Assembly: GCA_963812485.1 (NCBI GenBank)
Contig: CAWEVD010000013.1
Span: 128,668 to 192,667, forward strand
DNA: 64,000 bases
Reading direction: 5' to 3'
DNA from: an uncultured Acidobacteriota bacterium
Lineage (GTDB): Bacteria; Acidobacteriota; Terriglobia; Terriglobales; Acidobacteriaceae
Positions 57,786 through 64,000 of this stretch are shown piece by piece (position 1 is the first letter of the stretch; every line of letters begins with the position of its first letter). The notes beneath the pieces are model-generated. The model did not search any database and had not been told where the DNA came from. It saw only the letters and a program-made list of their open reading frames with translations. The position numbers and the translations under genes were made by a program.

Positions 57786-58198
57786 GCGGCGAGAGTGAGC
57801 AAGACCCCGGACAGCAATTAGCGCCCGAAGTGAACCCGGAAGCCCCTGATCCCGCCGCTCCACCGGTCCGGCGCGAACTACTTCCCCTGCCCGGCCTCGC
57901 TGTGATCGCTCTCTACATGCTGGTGCTTTCCGGGGTTGACATCCTGGGTGTCGCCGGAGGATACATCCGGCCCATCTACCTGATTTTCGCGGCCGTGTTC
58001 ATCGCCGCGGGTCTGGGTTTGCTGCTGCTCTTTCGCTGGGCCTGGACACTCACCCTGTCCGCTGTCGTTCTTCTCTTCGGTCTATTTCTGTGGAGATTCT
58101 CAGCCGGGCGCGATCTTCCATCGCTGGCCCAGGGTTTGCTGAATCTCGTGATCTTTCTCTATCTCATCCGGCCCGAGGTGCGCACCCACCTGCGCTGA
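57782..58198 (+). CDS. Hypothetical 4-TM membrane protein
   Basis: ATGA overlap with the cytochrome stop; four hydrophobic segments. Confidence 0.7.
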   Translation: MSGESEQDPGQQLAPEVNPEAPDPAAPPVRRELLPLPGLAVIALYMLVLSGVDILGVAGGYIRPIYLIFAAVFIAAGLGLLLLFRWAWTLTLSAVVLLFGLFLWRFSAGRDLPSLAQGLLNLVIFLYLIRPEVRTHLR

Positions 58199-58254
58199 TC
58201 CGGAAGTCCCAAAATCTGCACCACCCGCCGAGTCCGCAATGTTAATCTCGGCCC

Positions 58255-60306
58255 ATGCCGCGTGAAACGTTCAAGCCTTTCCTTTGCGCCGTCTTTCTGT
58301 GCTCCGTCCTCGGGTCCGCCTGCGCGGCGGACGCCCCCAAAAAACGGGCCATCACCCTGGATGATCTGGCTCGCATCGTGCGCGTCGGCCCTCCGGTGGT
58401 TTCGCCCGACGGCCAGTGGATCGCCTACACCGCTACCCAGGTCGATACGAAAGAAGACAAGAATCAGACCCATCTCTGGATGGTGAACTGGGACGGCTCA
58501 GTCCATCTCCAACTCACCTATGGCAAGGAAGGGGCCTCGGCTCCGAAATTCAGCCCCGACGGCAAGTACATCAGCTTTCTGTCTTCGCGACCCGGGCCGG
58601 CCAAGGGCTCGCAGGTCTGGGTCATGGACCGGCGTGGCGGCGAACCGCAGCAACTCACGGCCATCACCGACCAGGAGATCGAAAGCTATATCTGGTCGCC
58701 CGATTCCCAAAAGCTGCTCCTCTCTCTGCATCCCAAGGCCGAGCCCGACGCTGAAGAAGGCAAGCCTCCCGCGCCGCCCAAGCCGATCGTGATCGATCGC
58801 TACCATTTCAAGCAGGACATCCAGGGTTATCTGCGCGACGACGCATGGGACGCGCTGTATCTCTACGACCTGGGCACGAAGAAGCCGGAGAAACTCACCA
58901 CCGCCAAGAACGTCAACGAGGAAAACGCCGCATGGTCGCCCGACGGCGCCTGGATCGGCTTCGTCAGTAACCAGGACACCGATCCCGACCGCTCCAACAA
59001 TACCGATGTATTCGTTGTGGCCGCGAAGCCCGGATCCGCCCCGCGCAAGCTCACTAACTGGAACGGTCCTGACGGTGGGCGCCTGGCCTGGTCTCCCGAC
59101 TCGAAATCCATCGCGTTCACAGAGGACGCGGAACTGAAGCTGCTCGAATACTCGCAGGCCAAGCCGGCCGTGGTTACGCTGGATGGAAAGGTGAGTTATC
59201 CTGCCGCGACGCTGGACCGCTCGGTCAGCCAGCCGTCTTACTCGCCCGATGGTCATCTCTCGTATCTCGTCAGCGACGATCGCAACGAGTATCCGGCCGA
59301 GGTGGAACTGGCCGGAAACGGTGCGCGCCGGGTGTTGACCGAGCCGGGCACTGTCGCATCCTGGGATGCGGCTGCCGGGCACACCGCGGTGCTCTACACC
59401 AACGACACCGCGATGGGCGAGATCTACGCGCTCGAAAATGGCGCACTGCGCAAGCTCACCACCCACAACGATGCTCTGATGGCGGAGTTGAACCTCGTGC
59501 CCACCGAAGGCATCGAGTTCCAGAGCAAGGATGGCGCCGAAGTCCACGGCCTGCTGACCAAGCCCGCCGACTGGAAGCCGGGTTCGCCCGTTCCCATGAT
59601 CTTGTTCATCCATGGCGGCCCCAACGGACAGGACGCCCACAGCTTCGACTTCCTGCGCCAGTTCGTTGCCGCCCACGGGTACGCCGAACTCAACGTCAAC
59701 TACCGCGGCAGTTCCGGCCGGGGACAGGACTACGCCAAGGCCATCGCCGCCGACTGGGGCAACAAGGAAGTGATCGATCTGCTGGCCGGCGTCGACAAGG
59801 CGGTCGCCATGGGCGTCGCCGATCCCAACCGGCTCGCTGTTACCGGCTGGAGCTACGGCGGCATCCTCACCGACTACACCATTGCCAGCGATCCGCGCTT
59901 CAAGGCCGCCATCAGCGGAGCCGGCGTGGCCGCGCCGCTTTCGTTCTACGGCACCGACCAGTACATCCTGCAATACGACAACGAACTCGGGCCTCCGTGG
60001 AAGAACGCCCAGCTCTATCTCAAGCTGAGTTATCCCTTCCTTGAAGCCGACAAGCGCATTCACACCCCGACGTTGTTCATGGGCGGCACATCCGACATGA
60101 ATGTGCCCATCCTCGGCGGCGAGCAGATGTACCAGGCGCTCAAATCGCTGGGAGTGCCGACAGAACTGGTCGTCTATCCCGGCCAGTTCCATGGCTTCAC
60201 GCGCCCCAGCTTCATCCGCGACCGCTATGAACGCTGGCTGGCGTGGTGGGACAAGTACCTCAAGCCTGCTCCGGCGGCCACTACCACCGCGGAGGTCAAA
60301 AAATAG
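58255..60306 (+). CDS. S9 family peptidase (acylaminoacyl-peptidase-like)
   Basis: Signal peptide, SPDG propeller repeats, IHGGP, GWSYGG, DMNVP, H in GQFHG. Confidence 0.93.
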   Translation: MPRETFKPFLCAVFLCSVLGSACAADAPKKRAITLDDLARIVRVGPPVVSPDGQWIAYTATQVDTKEDKNQTHLWMVNWDGSVHLQLTYGKEGASAPKFSPDGKYISFLSSRPGPAKGSQVWVMDRRGGEPQQLTAITDQEIESYIWSPDSQKLLLSLHPKAEPDAEEGKPPAPPKPIVIDRYHFKQDIQGYLRDDAWDALYLYDLGTKKPEKLTTAKNVNEENAAWSPDGAWIGFVSNQDTDPDRSNNTDVFVVAAKPGSAPRKLTNWNGPDGGRLAWSPDSKSIAFTEDAELKLLEYSQAKPAVVTLDGKVSYPAATLDRSVSQPSYSPDGHLSYLVSDDRNEYPAEVELAGNGARRVLTEPGTVASWDAAAGHTAVLYTNDTAMGEIYALENGALRKLTTHNDALMAELNLVPTEGIEFQSKDGAEVHGLLTKPADWKPGSPVPMILFIHGGPNGQDAHSFDFLRQFVAAHGYAELNVNYRGSSGRGQDYAKAIAADWGNKEVIDLLAGVDKAVAMGVADPNRLAVTGWSYGGILTDYTIASDPRFKAAISGAGVAAPLSFYGTDQYILQYDNELGPPWKNAQLYLKLSYPFLEADKRIHTPTLFMGGTSDMNVPILGGEQMYQALKSLGVPTELVVYPGQFHGFTRPSFIRDRYERWLAWWDKYLKPAPAATTTAEVKK

Positions 60307-60352
60307 TGCACCCCGCGCGCCGGGGTTTGCCCGGTCGCTCTGTTCCTCTACG

Positions 60353-60902
<550 letters not shown>

Positions 60903-60935
60903 CAGTGTGAACTTGCCGTGCCTCATCCTTTCCGC

Positions 60936-60977
60936 TCCGCGGGGACGCCGTGGACAGGTCTGCGTTCGCGGGGTGGT
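60936..60977. repeat. Second Acidobacteria-type extragenic palindrome
   Basis: CCGCGGGGACGCCGTGGACAGGTCTGCGTTCGCGGGGTGG; imperfect hairpin resembling the GGGGTCCCC..ACAGGTC..GGGGTGG repeat family (recalled). Confidence 0.45.
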
Positions 60978-61103
60978 GTTCTGCGGAAACGGTGAGAGAC
61001 CACGAAAACCAGCCCGGTTTCTTGACCCGCCCTCGCGCCGTTCCGTATGCTCGGGACACTTCGCGCGGCGGGCGCAACTCCGCAGCCGCGCAGGGAGACG
61101 CGC

Positions 61104-63576
61104 ATGAGCATTGCCGCCCCGGCTCCGGTCGCCGCGCAGGAAACCTCCACTCAGCCATTTCTGGTACGCCGCGCCGCCGTGCTCGGCGCCGGCACCATGG
61201 GCTCGCGCATCGCCGCGCACCTCGCCAATGCGGGGATTCCTTCATTCCTGCTCGATCTCGTCCCCGACGGAGCGGGCGCGCAGCGCAATAAGCTGGCCAT
61301 GAAGGCACTCGACGCATTGGGCAAGTCCAAGCCCGCCGCGTTCTATGAGCCGGGCCTTGCCGCCCTCATCACGCCCGGCAACTTCGAAGACGACCTGGCC
61401 AAGCTGGGCCAATGCGATTGGGTGATCGAAGCGGTGGCCGAGAATCTCGAAATCAAGCGGGCGCTGCTCGAACGCGTTGTGCCCCACCTCGCGCCCCGGG
61501 CCGTGCTCACAACCAACACCTCCGGCCTGCCGGTAAAGCAGATTGCCGCGGGGTTCGGACAAGCTTCCGGCGCCATTCAGAAACGATTCTTCGGCGCCCA
61601 CTTTTTCAATCCGCCGCGCTACATGAAACTGCTGGAGATCATTCCGGCGCCCGGGAGCGATCCGGCAGTCGTGGCCGCCTTTGCCGCCTTCGCCGACCGC
61701 CAACTCGGCAAGCAAGTCGTGTTCGCCAACGACACGCCCAACTTCATCGCCAACCGGATCGGCGTAGCCGTCACCTTCACGGCCGCGACGCTGATGCTGG
61801 ACCAGGGCCTCACCATCGAAGAGGCCGACGCGTTGACCGGGCCGGCCATCGGGTGGCCCCGCACTGGCACGTTCCGCCTGGCCGACATGGTGGGCATCGA
61901 TGTCCTGGCCCACGTAGCCGCCAACTTCCCCCAGGGCGCGGCCCAGGGCAGCTTCTCCGCCGTGCTCCAGGAGATCGTGAAACGCGGATGGCTCGGAGAC
62001 AAAACCGGACAGGGCTTTTACAAAAAGATACGCGGCGCGGCCGGCAAGGAGGAGCGCTTCGTTCTCGACGTCAAGACATTCGAGTATCGTCCCCTCGCCA
62101 AAGCGGCTTTGCCCTCGCTGGACATGGCGAAAAATGCGCCCACGCTGAAGGAACGGCTGAAACTGCTGCTGGCCAACGACCCGGCAAAAGACAAGAGCGC
62201 CAGGTTTCTGTGGCCGCTCCTCTCCACGCTGTGGAACTTCTCCGCGGATCGCATCGGCGAAGCCGCCAACGATGTTCCCTCCATCGATCGCGCCACGCGC
62301 GCCGGCTTCAACTGGGAGATGGGCCCGTTCGAGATGTGGGATGCGGTCGGAGTGAGCGAAACGATTTCGCGGATGAAGAGCCTTTCGATTCCCGTCAGCC
62401 CCAACGCGGAGGCTCTGCTCGCCGCCGGGCGGGACTCCTGGTATGCCTCGGATTCCGACGCCGGGCGGGAATGTTTTCAGCCGCTCACCGGGCAAATGGA
62501 GCCGCTGCCGCAGGTTCCCGGCCACGCCCGGGTTGCGGATTTCCGCCGCTCCAACGGCGTCGTCCGCGGCAACTCCGGCGCTTCGCTCGTCGATCTCGGC
62601 GATGGCATCGGCTGCATCGAACTGCATTCGCTCAAGAACGCCATCGGCGGCGACGTGGTCTCGGTGATCTCGTCGGTTTTGCAGCCCGGCTCCGACGCGG
62701 TGCGCGATTTCGCCGGTTTCGTTATCTCCGGCGACCGTGACAACTTCAGTGTCGGCGCCAACCTTCTGCAACTTCTGCTGTCGGCCCAGGAGGGCGAGTG
62801 GGACGAAATCGCCGCGGCCATTCGCGCTTTTCAGCAGATGACGGCGGCCATCAAGTTCTGCCCGCGCCCAGTGGTCGTGGCGCCCTTCGGCATGACCCTC
62901 GGCGGCGGCGCTGAAATCTGTCTGCACGCCACGCGCCGCCAGCCTTACGCCGAAACCTACATCGGTTTGGTCGAGGCCGGCGTCGGCCTGATCCCCGGCG
63001 GTGGCGGAACCAAGGAAATGCTGTTGCGCGCCGTGGATGCGGCCGCCGCGGTTGCCGCCGCCAGACCCCAAAGACCCTCCTTCGCGCTTTGCCCAGTCGG
63101 CGGAGATGCTGGCCGCGCTTCGGCGCACGCTCGAAACCATTGCCATGGCCAAGGTCGCCACGTCGGCCGTCGAGGCGCGCGCCCTCGGCCTCGTGGCTCC
63201 TTCCGACCGCATCACCCTCAACCGCGAACGGCTGCTGCTGGACGCCAAAGCCCAGGCTGCGGCGCTGGCCGAGGCGGGGTACGCCGCTCCGCAGCCTCGT
63301 ACCCAGATTCCCGTCCCGGGCCTGGCGGCATTAGGGGCGCTCGAAACCGGCATCTTCCTCATGGGAGAAGCGGGTTACGCCTCCGAGCACGACCAGAAGG
63401 TGGCGCGCTGGGTGGCCTACATCCTGGCCGGAGGCCGGGTGACGGCCGGATCCCTGGTGAGCGAGCAGTACCTGCTGGACCTCGAACGCGAGGCTTTCCT
63501 TTCTCTTTGCGGCGAGCGCAAGACCCAGGAGCGGATCGCGTTCACGCTCAAGACGGGCAAGCCACTGCGGAATTAA
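61104..63576 (+). CDS. 3-hydroxyacyl-CoA dehydrogenase / enoyl-CoA hydratase, FadN-like (frameshift near 63060)
   Basis: GAGTMG, EAVAE, TNTSG, HFFNPPRY, FIANRIG, FSVGANL, GGGAE, VEAGVGLIP; C-terminal KTGKPLRN. Confidence 0.92.
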
Positions 63577-63649
63577 GCGCAGGCGCGTAGGATGAACTGC
63601 GGGGAGTGCGCGAGTCGATGCAGTTCATGCATTGCCCGCAGAGTACGCG

Positions 63650-64000
63650 ATGCTGCATGGCTGGCTCAGAACGGGATTTGCGCTGTGCGGCCTGTTGTGG
63701 CCCAGCCTCGCGATACCAATTCAGCAGCCCGATGCGGATACGCAGCGACTGGTCGAATCCGGCCAGGTGGTCGTCGATGGCCAGAGATCCGCTTACCTGA
63801 TCCGGAGGCTGCCCGTCAGTTCGTTCCCGGATTTGCCTTCGGGCGTTGCGGATCTCCTCAGTCAGCGCGATTGCCTGGTCCCGCAAACCTACGCCGCACA
63901 TCACCCGGAAAATGTCATTCATGCCAGCCTGGAACGCTCCGGATCGTCCGATTGGGCGGTGTTGTGTTCGGCTCAGGGGACGGTTTCGCTGCTGGTTTTC
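63650..64000 (+). CDS. Hypothetical secreted protein (runs off the window; not in the ORF track)
   Basis: Open frame from ATG 63650: signal-like MLHGWLRTGFALCGLLW.., then IRRLPVSSFPDLP..CLVPQTY..PENVIHASLERSGSSDWAVLCS. Confidence 0.7.
   Translation, partial: MLHGWLRTGFALCGLLWPSLAIPIQQPDADTQRLVESGQVVVDGQRSAYLIRRLPVSSFPDLPSGVADLLSQRDCLVPQTYAAHHPENVIHASLERSGSSDWAVLCSAQGTVSLLVF

Noticed and set aside
61242-63362. 706-aa antisense ORF
   Set aside because: Shadow of the FadN-like gene
63548-63922. 124-aa minus-strand ORF
   Set aside because: Shadow of the plus-strand secreted protein starting at 63650

Overview
High-GC bacterial chromosome segment, most consistent with Acidobacteriota (Acidobacteriaceae-like). 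This rests on Oar-type TonB-dependent receptors, a REC-MEDS regulator, Acidobacteria-style REP hairpins and the amidohydrolase/S9 gene set. A minus-strand tRNA-Leu(CAG) at 34516-34602 splits the window. To its left (1-34515) is an accessory, island-like region that is less GC-rich by eye: two TonB-dependent receptors, a degraded metallophosphoesterase, Tat-exported isomerase and DUF362 genes, a BlaI/M56 pair followed by a minimal cellulose-synthase locus (fused bcsAB + bcsC, no bcsZ/bcsQ), a GH36 alpha-galactosidase, IS5 and IS110 remnants, a REC-MEDS/PAS kinase pair, an OmpA-family protein and a DUF1624 gene. To its right are core-like genes (osmC, mutY, alaS, recX, folP, dacB, peptidases, amidohydrolases, a FadN-like gene). 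Many genes, including essential alaS, carry single-base frameshifts, most likely long-read consensus errors rather than real pseudogenes. The most interesting candidate is the cellulose locus: the BcsA PilZ motifs are degenerate and include a CxxC insert, and the leader carries a perfect 16-bp palindrome over a TTGACA promoter plus a terminator-like hairpin. Together these suggest non-canonical, possibly c-di-GMP-independent control. No CRISPR array, rRNA or integrase was seen. All family calls come from motif recognition, not database searches.
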